Source of the DNA: Wolbachia endosymbiont strain TRS of Brugia malayi
GTDB taxonomy: Bacteria > Pseudomonadota > Alphaproteobacteria > Rickettsiales > Anaplasmataceae
Direction of reading: 5' to 3'
NCBI RefSeq assembly: GCF_000008385.1
Contig: NC_006833.1
Coordinates: 570,001-602,000, forward strand
Length of the DNA stretch: 32,000 nt
This document shows positions 11,096 through 20,442 of this stretch, one piece after another. The translations under genes and the position numbers were made by a program. Below the pieces are notes generated by a model. It was not told the origin of the DNA, made no database searches, and worked only from the letters and a program-made list of their open reading frames with translations. Positions within the stretch are counted from its first letter, which is position 1. Every line of letters begins with the position of its first letter.

Positions 11096-11535
11096 AAAAT
11101 TGTAAGTACTGATTATGAAATTAATCTAAAGTTTTTTTTAACAAAGCACAATCAAATTAAAATGCGGACTACAGCCAAGGTAATCCGAAGATTTTGTTTG
11201 TTTATGCTTGTTGGCACGCGAGATACTGCAGCGGTACGACGTAGAGCTAATAGCAGTGGCATGTTTTGCAGAAAATATCAGATCTATTTTAGCTATATTT
11301 ATTATTTTTTAAGATTAAATGGTTAAAATGGTAGATAAATGCTAAAGTGAGGTTTAACTAATGATGGCAAGTTTTCTAATAAAAACTAATTTTCTGCCTT
11401 TTCACCTATATTTCGATTACATATACAACATCTAGCTCAATTTAAAAGTCTAATTCAATAGGTTGTTAGTTTAAGCAAAAGAAGCTCCAGCGCTGACAGC
11501 CAAGAAGATACATAGCTTAATAGTGGGATTTTAGT

Positions 11536-14500
11536 ATGAGTATAGATATAACTACACTAACTACTAATACAGATAAATTAGGTGAATGCACAGATAAAAA
11601 TGAAAAGCGAGAGCAGGATAGAAAGGACGAGCAATTGTATGGTGCTATGGAGAGAAAGGTAAAAAAAGAAGAGCATGAGCGTAAAAAACCAAGAGTTCGA
11701 GATGGAATCATCAAGAAGTGTACAAGGTTATTCAAAGAAGGCGCTAGCCCTGAAGTATTAACTACATTGGAAGAATCACTTAGAAAACAAGAAAAATATT
11801 ATAGGTATTATGTCCAGTGTTTCCTTCTGATATTGAATAGAAAAATACCAAAAGAATTAGACCCTATAAAAAAAGAGAGAATAGGACAAGTAATTTCTGA
11901 AATTACTTATAATAGCAAATATTATTTTAATAGTATTACCCACAACCAAAATGGCCATAGGAACAGCGAAGATAATGGAATTGGAAGTGATAGCAATCAT
12001 AAACGTCAAACTAATGACAAAGAGCCTAAGAATAGGGAAAAAATTCTTAATATATTTACAGATGAGAACATTAATGATCGTTTATTGGAAGCAGCAAAAC
12101 GAGACAATAAGAAAAAAATTAAGAAACTTGTACAAAAAGGCGCAGACATTAGCACAAAAGATGGTGACGATAACAACACTCTACACTACGTAGTTGCTTT
12201 ACAGCAAGGAAAGCAAAGAGTTGCATGTTTAAATCTAATATTAGGTTTAGTGAAAAAAGAAAAAATATCTCAAGATAAACTTAGTAAAGCTATAAACCTT
12301 AAAGAAGGACAAACACCCTTACAAAAATTGTTATCTAAAAAAATAACTAAGGGAGAGCATAGCTCTGAAAGAGTACTCGGAAAAATTGGAAAATTTCTAA
12401 AAAAGCCATTTACGCAATATGATGATCATACGATAGAGTCTGCTATAAGCTTGTTTAAGCTAGGAGCTAACGTCAATAATTTGCAGTTATCTAAAGAGGA
12501 ATTACAAAACTCAGATAAAAAGTACAGGAAGTATCATTTTAAACTCTTAGAAAAATTAGCAAAGTCAGTAGGGCGATCTACATTAGAGCAGAGAATCAAT
12601 ATAGAAAATAAAATTGAAGACATTACAGCGCGTATTATAAATACTCCAGATGCTAATGGTAATCATCTATTACATTCAATAATTGACAATTATGATAAAA
12701 ATTTTTTAAAAAAACTATTGCGAAAAGGGGCAGATATTAGCCTAAAAGATGCAAACGGAAATAATATTTTACACCTTGCTGCACTGCTAAAGAAAAAACA
12801 AAAACGCAGATCTTTAAATGCCCTAATAGAAGCAATTTCCAAGAAATATCTAGCACAACTTGTTGATAGTGAAAATCAGGATGAAAGAACTCCGCTTCAG
12901 GTGGCACTCATTGACAAAATAACAAAAGGGAAATATGGACCCCACACAATCCAAGATAATGATAACACACTTAAGTTTTTTGTTACATTATTAGAGCATG
13001 AGGTTAAACCAGATCAGTTAGAATTATCTCAAGAAGCGCTACAAAATTTAAATGAAAAGCAAAAGGTATATTATCTTAATTTCCTAGAAAAATTAGCAGA
13101 GTCAGTAAAGAAACCTGAGTTAGAACTAGAGATAAAAACAAAAATTAAAGAAATTATAGCGCGTATTATAAATACTCCAGATGGTAATGATAATTATCTA
13201 TTACATTCAGCAATTAAAAATAAAGATGAGAAACTTTTTAAGGAACTATTGCAAAAAGGGGCGGATATTAGCATTAAAGGTGCAAGTAACAACAATGCTT
13301 TACATCTAATAGTTATAGAATCAAAGAAAGAACAAAAGCTTGAATTTTTAAATATAGTATTAAATATAAGCGAGGAGAAAGGAAAAGAGCAACTTAAAGC
13401 ACAGTTTAAAAAAGCTGTAGACACTGAAAATACAGCAAAACAAACGCCACTTCATCAAGTACTTCAGCACATACAAGAAAAGAGTAAAAAATCTTCGCTG
13501 GGAAACAAAATACAAAATGTAGTTAAAAAAGAATTTAATGCTACTAATAGATATCAAACTCTAGCACTATTCCTACAAAATGGTGCTGATATTAGCAAAA
13601 GAGATGGTGAAGGAAACAATGCTTTGCACTATATTGTGTCATTTAAAGGCAAACAAAAAGTTGTATGTTTGGAGTTAATTTCAGATAAAGATGGATTTAG
13701 TAATGCTGTAAATACTCCTAACAAAGAAGGGCGAACACCTCTTCATCAATTGCTTCAGTATATAGAAAAAAAAAGTGAAAGCCAGTCGCTTACAGATAAG
13801 AAATTTGAAAAAACTAACAGGTATAAAATACTAGAGCTATTCCTACAAAATGGTGCTGATATTACTATTCAGGACAAAGAAGGAAATAATGCTCTGCACT
13901 ATATTATGTCATCAAAAGGCAAGCAAAAAGTTACATGTTTGGATCTAATATCAGGCAAAAGTGAATTAAGTGAGGCTGAGACAGACACCGACGATAAAGG
14001 TACGCTTATACAAGAAGCATTAAAGGGGAGAGCAATGAAAGAAAAATTTGAACACCTTTCTCAACATAAAAAAATTGTTTTCGGAAAGTCCGGTGGTGGC
14101 AACACAACAAAATTTTGTGCAATATTATTAAAAGAAGGTGCTAACCCTCATTCTTTATGGTTAGAAGATGAGAAATTTCATACTAAGAAGTACTATCTGG
14201 TTCTAAGAAATGCAAAGAATGATAAAACAATACCACAAAAAGCACGGGATAAAGCTAAAGAATTAAAAGAAAAGCTTGAAGCAAAATATGGTGTATGCAC
14301 CATTTCTAAATGGTTTAATTCTCAAAGTAGAGCTACTGCAGACCGATTAAAAACCACTATGAAAAAAATAGGACATACTTCCAAAGCTGTATGGAAGTGC
14401 GTTGATTCTGGCAGGAGAGCTAGTATATTGTTAGCAATTACAGTAGTAACTACCATTAGTATAATGGTAACATTTTCTTGCTTCCAAGGGCAAATTGTAA

Positions 14501-14862
14501 TCGGAGCAGCATTACCTATTATAGCTATTACTGGAATGGTCTGCCTAATATTCACTTTAGGGTTTAATGGTATTAAGAAGTCTACGAAAGAATTTACCAC
14601 TGATAAACAGGGTGTGCTTAAAAGTAAAGATGATCACCTAGCTGCAGAGCAAGGCAAAGCTCTCAAAAGCACTGTTCAACAGAACGTAGAAAATAAACAC
14701 AAAAATTCAGAGAAGGAAGAAATACAAGAGTCATCAGACCAATCAAAAGACACTGAAAGCCTTCCTAGTTCTAAAATATATGGTGTATCAATATTTCAAG
14801 TTATTAAGAGATTGTTAGGATTCAACGAGCAAATCAATAAACCCTCTTCTCTGGCGCGATGA
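11536..14862 (+). CDS. Large ankyrin-repeat-like protein with C-terminal transmembrane hairpin (putative secreted effector)
   Basis: 1108 aa; recurrent '[24 protein letters not shown]', '[10 protein letters not shown]', '[34 protein letters not shown]' modules; C-terminal '[49 protein letters not shown]'. Confidence 0.85.
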   Translation: MSIDITTLTTNTDKLGECTDKNEKREQDRKDEQLYGAMERKVKKEEHERKKPRVRDGIIKKCTRLFKEGASPEVLTTLEESLRKQEKYYRYYVQCFLLILNRKIPKELDPIKKERIGQVISEITYNSKYYFNSITHNQNGHRNSEDNGIGSDSNHKRQTNDKEPKNREKILNIFTDENINDRLLEAAKRDNKKKIKKLVQKGADISTKDGDDNNTLHYVVALQQGKQRVACLNLILGLVKKEKISQDKLSKAINLKEGQTPLQKLLSKKITKGEHSSERVLGKIGKFLKKPFTQYDDHTIESAISLFKLGANVNNLQLSKEELQNSDKKYRKYHFKLLEKLAKSVGRSTLEQRINIENKIEDITARIINTPDANGNHLLHSIIDNYDKNFLKKLLRKGADISLKDANGNNILHLAALLKKKQKRRSLNALIEAISKKYLAQLVDSENQDERTPLQVALIDKITKGKYGPHTIQDNDNTLKFFVTLLEHEVKPDQLELSQEALQNLNEKQKVYYLNFLEKLAESVKKPELELEIKTKIKEIIARIINTPDGNDNYLLHSAIKNKDEKLFKELLQKGADISIKGASNNNALHLIVIESKKEQKLEFLNIVLNISEEKGKEQLKAQFKKAVDTENTAKQTPLHQVLQHIQEKSKKSSLGNKIQNVVKKEFNATNRYQTLALFLQNGADISKRDGEGNNALHYIVSFKGKQKVVCLELISDKDGFSNAVNTPNKEGRTPLHQLLQYIEKKSESQSLTDKKFEKTNRYKILELFLQNGADITIQDKEGNNALHYIMSSKGKQKVTCLDLISGKSELSEAETDTDDKGTLIQEALKGRAMKEKFEHLSQHKKIVFGKSGGGNTTKFCAILLKEGANPHSLWLEDEKFHTKKYYLVLRNAKNDKTIPQKARDKAKELKEKLEAKYGVCTISKWFNSQSRATADRLKTTMKKIGHTSKAVWKCVDSGRRASILLAITVVTTISIMVTFSCFQGQIVIGAALPIIAITGMVCLIFTLGFNGIKKSTKEFTTDKQGVLKSKDDHLAAEQGKALKSTVQQNVENKHKNSEKEEIQESSDQSKDTESLPSSKIYGVSIFQVIKRLLGFNEQINKPSSLAR
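13561..13954 (+). repeat. Intragenic tandem duplication in the ankyrin gene, period 270 bp (90 aa)
   Basis: 13561.. 'ctagcactattcctacaaaatggtgctgatatt...ggaaacaatgctttgcactatattgtgtca' is strongly similar to 13831.. 'ctagagctattcctacaaaatggtgctgatatt...ggaaataatgctctgcactatattatgtca'. Confidence 0.8.
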
Positions 14863-16639
14863 AATCAATCTCATCACTCAGAGTGTTTTCAGCAACTTTC
14901 TTGTAATCAATTCTCGTATTGATTTGCCCTTCCTTTTCCTCGAGCCACGCTATAGTGTGCTTCATCCAGTTCTTGTCATCACGTTCAGGAAAATCTTCAC
15001 GAGCATGAGCACCTCTGCTTTCCTCGCGATTGGCTGCACACTCCATAGTAATAACCGCTTGTGGAATCATGTTAGCAAGCTCCAACGCTTCAACTAAGTC
15101 GCTGTTCCATACCATGCTGCGGTCTTCAATTGCAATATCAGGCATCATTTTTGCTACTCCTTTTATAGCTCTTTTACCTTCTTCTAAAACCTCAGCAACA
15201 CGGAACACTGATGCATATTTTTGCATAGTGTGCTGCATCTCGCTGCGTATTTTTGATACTCTGAGCCCTCCGGAAGCAAACCGCATTTTATTGAATCTAT
15301 CTACTATCCAATCTATACAAGCTGAGTTTAATTTTTTGTGTGGCATATTAGGCTTTAGTTTCTTTTTTGCTCTGAGTGCTGCAGCTCTACCAAAAACTAC
15401 AAGATCAAGAAGTGAGTTAGAACCAAGCCGATTTGCACCATGTACAGATATACACGCTGCTTCTCCGATTGCAAATAATCCTTCTACCACTTCTTCTTTA
15501 CTTTCCTTCAGTGTAACCACTTCTCCATGATAATTAGTTGGAATACCGCCCATATTGTAATGCACAGTTGGAATAACAGGTATTGGATCTTTAGTAACAT
15601 CAACCCCTGCAAAGGTCCTTGCAGTTTCGCTAATTCCTGGAAGTCTCAGTTTTATTATTTCCGGATCAAGATGCGCTATAGTTAAATATATGTGGTCTTT
15701 TTTCGGTCCTACACCTCTTCCCTCTCTAATTTCAATTGTTATTGCACGACTTACTACATCACGAGAAGCTAAATCTTTTACCTTTGGCGCATAACGCTCC
15801 ATAAACCTTTCGCCCTGAGAATTAACAAGGTACCCGCCTTCACCACGACATCCTTCTGTCATTAAGCACCCTGAACCATATATTCCTGTTGGATGAAATT
15901 GCACAAACTCCATATCTTCAAGTGGTAATCCAGCTCTTACCACCATTCCATTACCATCACCTGTGCAGGTGTGTGCGCTTGTTGCAGAGAAATAAACACG
16001 TCCATATCCACCTGTTGCTAATACCACCGAATGTGCACGAAATTTATGTAATGTACCCTCGCATAGCGACCAAGCGAGAACTCCACAGCACGCCCCGGTT
16101 TCGTTATCTATGATTAAATCGATTACAAAATATTCGACAAAAAATTCAGTGTTAAATTTAAGACACTGCTGATATAGAGTGTGAAGGATCGCATGCCCAG
16201 TTTTGTCTGCTGCTGCACAAGTACGCTGGGCTGATTTTCCTTTGCCAAAATGAGTTGTCATTCCACCAAAGGGACGCTGGTATATTTTACCATTCCCTGT
16301 ACGAGAAAAAGGTACACCGAAATTTTCAAGTTCAATAACAGCTTTAGCAGCGTTTTTACACATATATTCTATTGCGTCTTGATCACCAAGCCAGTCTGAG
16401 CCTTTTATTGTGTCATACGCATGCCAGCGCCAATCATCTTCAGCAATATTACCTAGAGCCGCACTAATTCCACCTTGTGCTGCAACTGTATGACTGCGTG
16501 TAGGAAAAATTTTAGAAATGCAAGCAACCGAGAAGTTAGTAGCAGCCATTCCAAGTGTTGCCCTGAGCCCTGCCCCACCTGCACCTACCACCACTACATC
16601 ATATTCATGTTCTACGATTTCATACGCTGATTTATTCAT
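14834..16639 (-). CDS. sdhA: Succinate dehydrogenase flavoprotein subunit
   Basis: '[18 protein letters not shown]', '[22 protein letters not shown]', '[36 protein letters not shown]', '[16 protein letters not shown]'. Confidence 0.98.
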   Translation of the reverse strand: MNKSAYEIVEHEYDVVVVGAGGAGLRATLGMAATNFSVACISKIFPTRSHTVAAQGGISAALGNIAEDDWRWHAYDTIKGSDWLGDQDAIEYMCKNAAKAVIELENFGVPFSRTGNGKIYQRPFGGMTTHFGKGKSAQRTCAAADKTGHAILHTLYQQCLKFNTEFFVEYFVIDLIIDNETGACCGVLAWSLCEGTLHKFRAHSVVLATGGYGRVYFSATSAHTCTGDGNGMVVRAGLPLEDMEFVQFHPTGIYGSGCLMTEGCRGEGGYLVNSQGERFMERYAPKVKDLASRDVVSRAITIEIREGRGVGPKKDHIYLTIAHLDPEIIKLRLPGISETARTFAGVDVTKDPIPVIPTVHYNMGGIPTNYHGEVVTLKESKEEVVEGLFAIGEAACISVHGANRLGSNSLLDLVVFGRAAALRAKKKLKPNMPHKKLNSACIDWIVDRFNKMRFASGGLRVSKIRSEMQHTMQKYASVFRVAEVLEEGKRAIKGVAKMMPDIAIEDRSMVWNSDLVEALELANMIPQAVITMECAANREESRGAHAREDFPERDDKNWMKHTIAWLEEKEGQINTRIDYKKVAENTLSDEIDFIAPEKRVY

Positions 16640-16884
16640 ATGTGCTTATCCATAACTACAGGCTTATGATATCACAGAGGTAGAAAAAATCTATATAAGT
16701 TTTCTAACTGTAATGAACCTCGCTAAATAGAGGAGCAAAAAATTTATGGACAGAATTGCGTTACGGAAACTGGATCTCAGTATCATCTATTTAGATGACA
16801 CCAGTAATTGACATCTGTTTAGCTAGATCTTAAATTAGATAGAAAGAGGTAGTCTTGATAAAATTTACTTGCAGCAAAGCCTTT

Positions 16885-17109
16885 TCATACTTGGGCTATC
16901 AGTTTGCTTTTTTTGTATCCTAGCTTACAGCTTATTGTTTTGTATACCCTATTCATCTCTTTGGAACTAGCTATTGCGACACATAATCCTGTTACTACAG
17001 CAAAGGCTAATGTAGTAAATACTAAATTTTGTAAAAAATTCCTTCCACCAATTCTTTTTTCTTGCATACTAGCAGTGTGTATGCTTGTCAGGTTCTTGTC
17101 AATATTCAT
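16885..17109 (-). CDS. Small hypothetical protein with one predicted TM segment
   Basis: 74 aa ORF 'MNIDKNLTSIHTASMQEKRIGGRNFLQNLVFTTLAFAVVTGLCVAIASSKEM...' in otherwise non-coding sequence. No family recognised. Confidence 0.35.
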   Translation of the reverse strand: MNIDKNLTSIHTASMQEKRIGGRNFLQNLVFTTLAFAVVTGLCVAIASSKEMNRVYKTISCKLGYKKSKLIAQV

Positions 17110-17289
17110 GCCATGCGTGATTGTAGTTTATACATTTTACTTTCCTCCCAGGTTTAACTACTTATCCGGGAAGTACTAAGTAGGTTTTAGTGCAATTATT
17201 ATTACATTGTATTTTCACAGCCCTTACACGTGAAGCAGTAACAAGCTCAAGTTATACAAAATTATAAACTTATTGTTAATAAGTAATAA

Positions 17290-18120
17290 ATGGAAGACTT
17301 GCAACTAGAAAAAATACAGAGTGACGTAGAAGATATTTGGAAAAATAGAAGCAAACTTAGCAATCGTAGCGTGAAAAGAGCAGCAAGAGTAATAATTAAA
17401 AAGGTAATTAAGCTCTTAGATAGTGGCAAAATTAGAGTAGCAGAAAGGCTATCAGATGGGAAGTGGATAGTACATACATGGATAAAGCAGGCAATATCGT
17501 TATATTTTCTTACTGAAGAGAGCAAAATGATAGATCATACCGGTTGGTGGTTTGATAAAGTCAATAATAAGTTTGACGGATGGAATGAAGAAGAATTTCA
17601 CCAGTCAAAAATTAGAGCAGTTCCCGGATGCTTTGTTCGCCAATCTGCTTACGTAGGCACAAACGTTGTTCTTATGCCAAGTTTTATTAACGTTGGTGCA
17701 TATATTAGTTCTGGTACAATGATAGACACCTGGTCAACAATTGGTAGCTGCGCACAAATAGGAAAAAATTGCCATGTTTCCGGAGGAGTAGGAATCGGTG
17801 GAGTTTTAGAACCTATTCAGGCCTCTCCAGTTATTATAGAGGATAATTGCTTCATTGGCGCACGCAGCGAAGTAGCTGAAGGCGTTATAATAAGAGAAGG
17901 ATCTGTTTTAGGCATGGGAGTTTTCATCGGAGCGTCAACAAAGATCATTGATAGAGAAACCAATAAGGTGTTTTACGGCGAAGTGCCACCTTATTCTGTG
18001 GTGGTACCAGGATCTACTTTATCTGCAAATAACATTTCAATCTATTGTGCAATTATAGTAAAAAAAGTGGATGAAAAGACAAGACAGAAGACTTCTATAA
18101 ATGAAATATTGAGAGATTAA
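17290..18120 (+). CDS. dapD: 2,3,4,5-tetrahydropyridine-2,6-dicarboxylate N-succinyltransferase
   Basis: 276 aa; left-handed beta-helix hexapeptide repeats, '[86 protein letters not shown]'. Confidence 0.96.
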   Translation: MEDLQLEKIQSDVEDIWKNRSKLSNRSVKRAARVIIKKVIKLLDSGKIRVAERLSDGKWIVHTWIKQAISLYFLTEESKMIDHTGWWFDKVNNKFDGWNEEEFHQSKIRAVPGCFVRQSAYVGTNVVLMPSFINVGAYISSGTMIDTWSTIGSCAQIGKNCHVSGGVGIGGVLEPIQASPVIIEDNCFIGARSEVAEGVIIREGSVLGMGVFIGASTKIIDRETNKVFYGEVPPYSVVVPGSTLSANNISIYCAIIVKKVDEKTRQKTSINEILRD

Positions 18121-18140
18121 GGCTATCTCATTTCTTATTG

Positions 18141-18413
18141 TCACTTTTTTCTATCATTATTATTAACTACAGTAATGGCATAAGCGCATAACTCTGAAAA
18201 GGGAATTCCATTTTCTTGAGATAGCTTATATAACTTCTGCAGGCTTTCTTTGACTTTATTAGGGATATTCCCTCCACGTTCTTTTACAAGCCATAGATCT
18301 TGATGATGTATTGGATGAGTATCACTTTTTGGATCCCCTATGTATATTGCAAAAGGTGAGCTTTGTCCTTTGAAATCACACTGCACAGTAAATTTTTTTA
18401 TAGAATCAGCCAT
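18141..18413 (-). CDS. DUF2610-like small protein conserved in Rickettsiales
   Basis: 90 aa 'MADSIKKFTVQCDFKGQSSPFAIYIGDPKSDTHPIHHQDLWLVKERGGNIPNKVKESLQKLYKLSQENGIPFSELCAYAI'. Family assigned by recall of the pattern. Confidence 0.7.
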   Translation of the reverse strand: MADSIKKFTVQCDFKGQSSPFAIYIGDPKSDTHPIHHQDLWLVKERGGNIPNKVKESLQKLYKLSQENGIPFSELCAYAITVVNNNDRKK

Positions 18414-18797
18414 CTAAAGACCTCTGCCTTTCTTTTTGATCGATTTTACAGAAGGTAGAGAAGACAGTTTCTTTATAAAGTCTTGTCTGTGAAGGATACT
18501 TTCTTTGCCTTCTAAAGCTCGGCAAACATCAGCTTTGCTCAATTGTGACTCTTTTGCTAGCTTCATTCCATGCTTTGCCATAATATTAGCGTGCGCTAGC
18601 ACTTTTTTTACCAACTCTAGATCATTATTTAGCATTTGAACTAGCGCTTGAAATACTTCTGCTAAAGTTAGCCCGTCAGAACTTATAACCTTGTTTTCTA
18701 CAAAATTGACAGCTTCTTCAAGCTTATGTTCAATACTATCATCTTGAAACATAAGGGTAACGTTTTGTTCATCCATAACTGAAGCACTATTATTCAT
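18414..18797 (-). CDS. Hypothetical protein, directly abutting upstream partner of the DUF2610-like gene
   Basis: 127 aa; a long clean ORF immediately adjacent to 18141..18413 on the same strand (0 nt spacing), which suggests an operon. Helical C-terminal half. Confidence 0.65.
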   Translation of the reverse strand: MNNSASVMDEQNVTLMFQDDSIEHKLEEAVNFVENKVISSDGLTLAEVFQALVQMLNNDLELVKKVLAHANIMAKHGMKLAKESQLSKADVCRALEGKESILHRQDFIKKLSSLPSVKSIKKKGRGL

Positions 18798-18879
18798 AAG
18801 CTTTTAAGTCTATACTATATATATAAATACTCCACTATTTTATATTATGGCACACTATAATTAAACATTTATTAATAAT

Positions 18880-20109
18880 ATGCTCACTTATATATACGAA
18901 TTAATTGATAAAAGCCAAGGATCAATATCCATCAGTGATTTCATGAATGCTGCTCTATACCATAAAGAATATGGCTATTACATGAATAAATTACCGCTTG
19001 GCAATGGTGGCGATTTTATCACAGCACCTGAAATTAGTCAATTGTTTGGTGAAATAATTGCAGTTTGGGTAATGCACACATGGAAAAAATTGGGAAAGCC
19101 ATCAAAATTTTCTCTAGTCGAACTTGGGCCAGGTAGAGGAACACTCATTCATGATATAATAAGAGTCACTAAAAAGTACGGTAGCTTTTTTAGTTCAATG
19201 GCCATTCACCTGGTTGAGATAAGTCCTACTTTGCAAAAAATACAAAAAGAAAAGTTAAAGGGTTTAGAAATCAGTTGGCACGAAAATATCGATAGTTTAC
19301 CAGAACAACCAACCATTTTTCTAGCAAATGAATTCTTCGATGCTCTTCCAATAGACCAGTTTGTATATCGTAATGGGAAGTGGCACGAAAATAGGGTGAC
19401 AAAGCAGAATGATGGGGCATCATCCCAGTGCCCCTTTCTTGTCACCCCATTGCTTAATACTAGAATCCAGAAAAAAGATCCAAGTAAACTGGCGTTGAAA
19501 TCCAGAAAAAAGAATGTTGTCACCTCACTGTCCCTTTCTTGTCATCCTAGTGCTCCTTCCTTTTTATCCCATTGCTTGACACTTGGATCCAGAAAAATTG
19601 ATCGTAAACAAGCACACTATTCAACATTTTCGATGAAATTACAAAAAAACTGGATTCCAGTGTCAAGCAATGGGATGACAGAGGGTTTTGATGGTGCAGT
19701 AGTGGAAGTATGTTCAGCTGGGATCGAAGTATTAAAAAAGCTTGAGGATAAGATAATGAATAACGGAGGAGCCGCTTTGATTATAGATTACGGCTATGTA
19801 TATCCTTCTCACAAGAGCACTTTGCAATCGGTAAGACAACATAAGTATGCTAATTTTCTTGAAAATGTCGGTAATAGTGATATTACCGCGCTTGTAAATT
19901 TTCAAGCGTTAAGAGACTCACTAAGATACGTAGACTGTGAGATTTCAACTCAAAGAGAATTTTTATATCTTTTTGGTATAAAAGAAAGAACCCAGGCTTT
20001 AATGGAAAATGCAAGTGATGAACAAAAGAATAGGATCTTTAGCGAATTTCTAAGGTTGACTGAAAACATGGGTACTCTTTTTAAAGCAATACTGATTCAT
20101 CATTCATAG
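18880..20109 (+). CDS. MidA/NDUFAF7-like SAM-dependent methyltransferase (COG1565-type) carrying an in-frame repeat-derived insertion
   Basis: 'MLTYIYELIDKSQGSISISDFMNAALYHKEYGYYMNK', 'GDFITAPEISQLFGEIIAVW', 'LVELGPGRGTLIHDIIR', 'IFLANEFFDALPIDQFVYRNGKWHE', resuming after the insert with 'EGFDGAVVEVCSAG...ALIIDYGYVYP'. Confidence 0.88.
   Translation: MLTYIYELIDKSQGSISISDFMNAALYHKEYGYYMNKLPLGNGGDFITAPEISQLFGEIIAVWVMHTWKKLGKPSKFSLVELGPGRGTLIHDIIRVTKKYGSFFSSMAIHLVEISPTLQKIQKEKLKGLEISWHENIDSLPEQPTIFLANEFFDALPIDQFVYRNGKWHENRVTKQNDGASSQCPFLVTPLLNTRIQKKDPSKLALKSRKKNVVTSLSLSCHPSAPSFLSHCLTLGSRKIDRKQAHYSTFSMKLQKNWIPVSSNGMTEGFDGAVVEVCSAGIEVLKKLEDKIMNNGGAALIIDYGYVYPSHKSTLQSVRQHKYANFLENVGNSDITALVNFQALRDSLRYVDCEISTQREFLYLFGIKERTQALMENASDEQKNRIFSEFLRLTENMGTLFKAILIHHS
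19422..19682 (+). repeat. Palindromic-element-like insertion inside methyltransferase ORF
   Basis: Left arm 19566-19592 ATCCCATTGCTTGACACTTGGATCCAG vs reverse complement of right arm 19650-19676 ATCCCATTGCTTGACACTGGAATCCAG (25/27). A related partial copy lies at 19441-19470 (gtcaccccattgcttaatactagaatccag), plus repeated 'agtgcccctttcttgtca' / 'actgtccctttcttgtca'. Confidence 0.85.
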
Positions 20110-20121
20110 TATTGTGTTGCC

Positions 20122-20434
20122 TTTACACTAAACTGCTTTAGCTACAAATATTTAAGAAATTTACTAGACAGAAAAAAAGGTAAAAGAAACCCCATGATAG
20201 AGTTTACTCTCTAATCCTGCAAATCGGCGGTTTATATTGTCTTAAACGCTTTGTAATCACGTCTCAGCTTATATAGGTAAAAACTTTTAAAGACATACAA
20301 TGCACATAGTGCAAAAAAATTAAACATAAGACACTAACTATGTGACACTCCATCATTTAATCTGCACAGACTGAAGATAACTTAATACCATCAGTGCTAT
20401 GGTGGGTTGGCAAGGTTTGTTAAGTAATTTCTTT
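20122..20434 (+). repeat. Dispersed ~300 bp intergenic repeat, copy B
   Basis: Colinear with 6832..7145 and with reverse complement of 29444..29765; e.g. 'agagtttactctctaatcctgcaaatcggc', 'cagcttatataggtaaaaac', 'catttaatctgcacaga'. Confidence 0.88.
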
Positions 20435-20442
20435 TATTTCAT

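Noticed and set aside
11087-11326. 79-aa ORF between pyrC and the ankyrin gene
   Set aside because: No recognisable motif, overlaps the pyrC start and is low-complexity/basic. Could be non-coding; not called.
15030-15530. 166-aa + strand ORF antisense to sdhA (and 15889..16113)
   Set aside because: Fully inside the well-supported sdhA reading frame on the opposite strand; no recognisable protein features. A frame-mirror artefact.
19206-19523. 105-aa - strand ORF in the methyltransferase region
   Set aside because: Mirrors the palindromic insert and the host gene; the reverse-strand openness is explained by the repeat.
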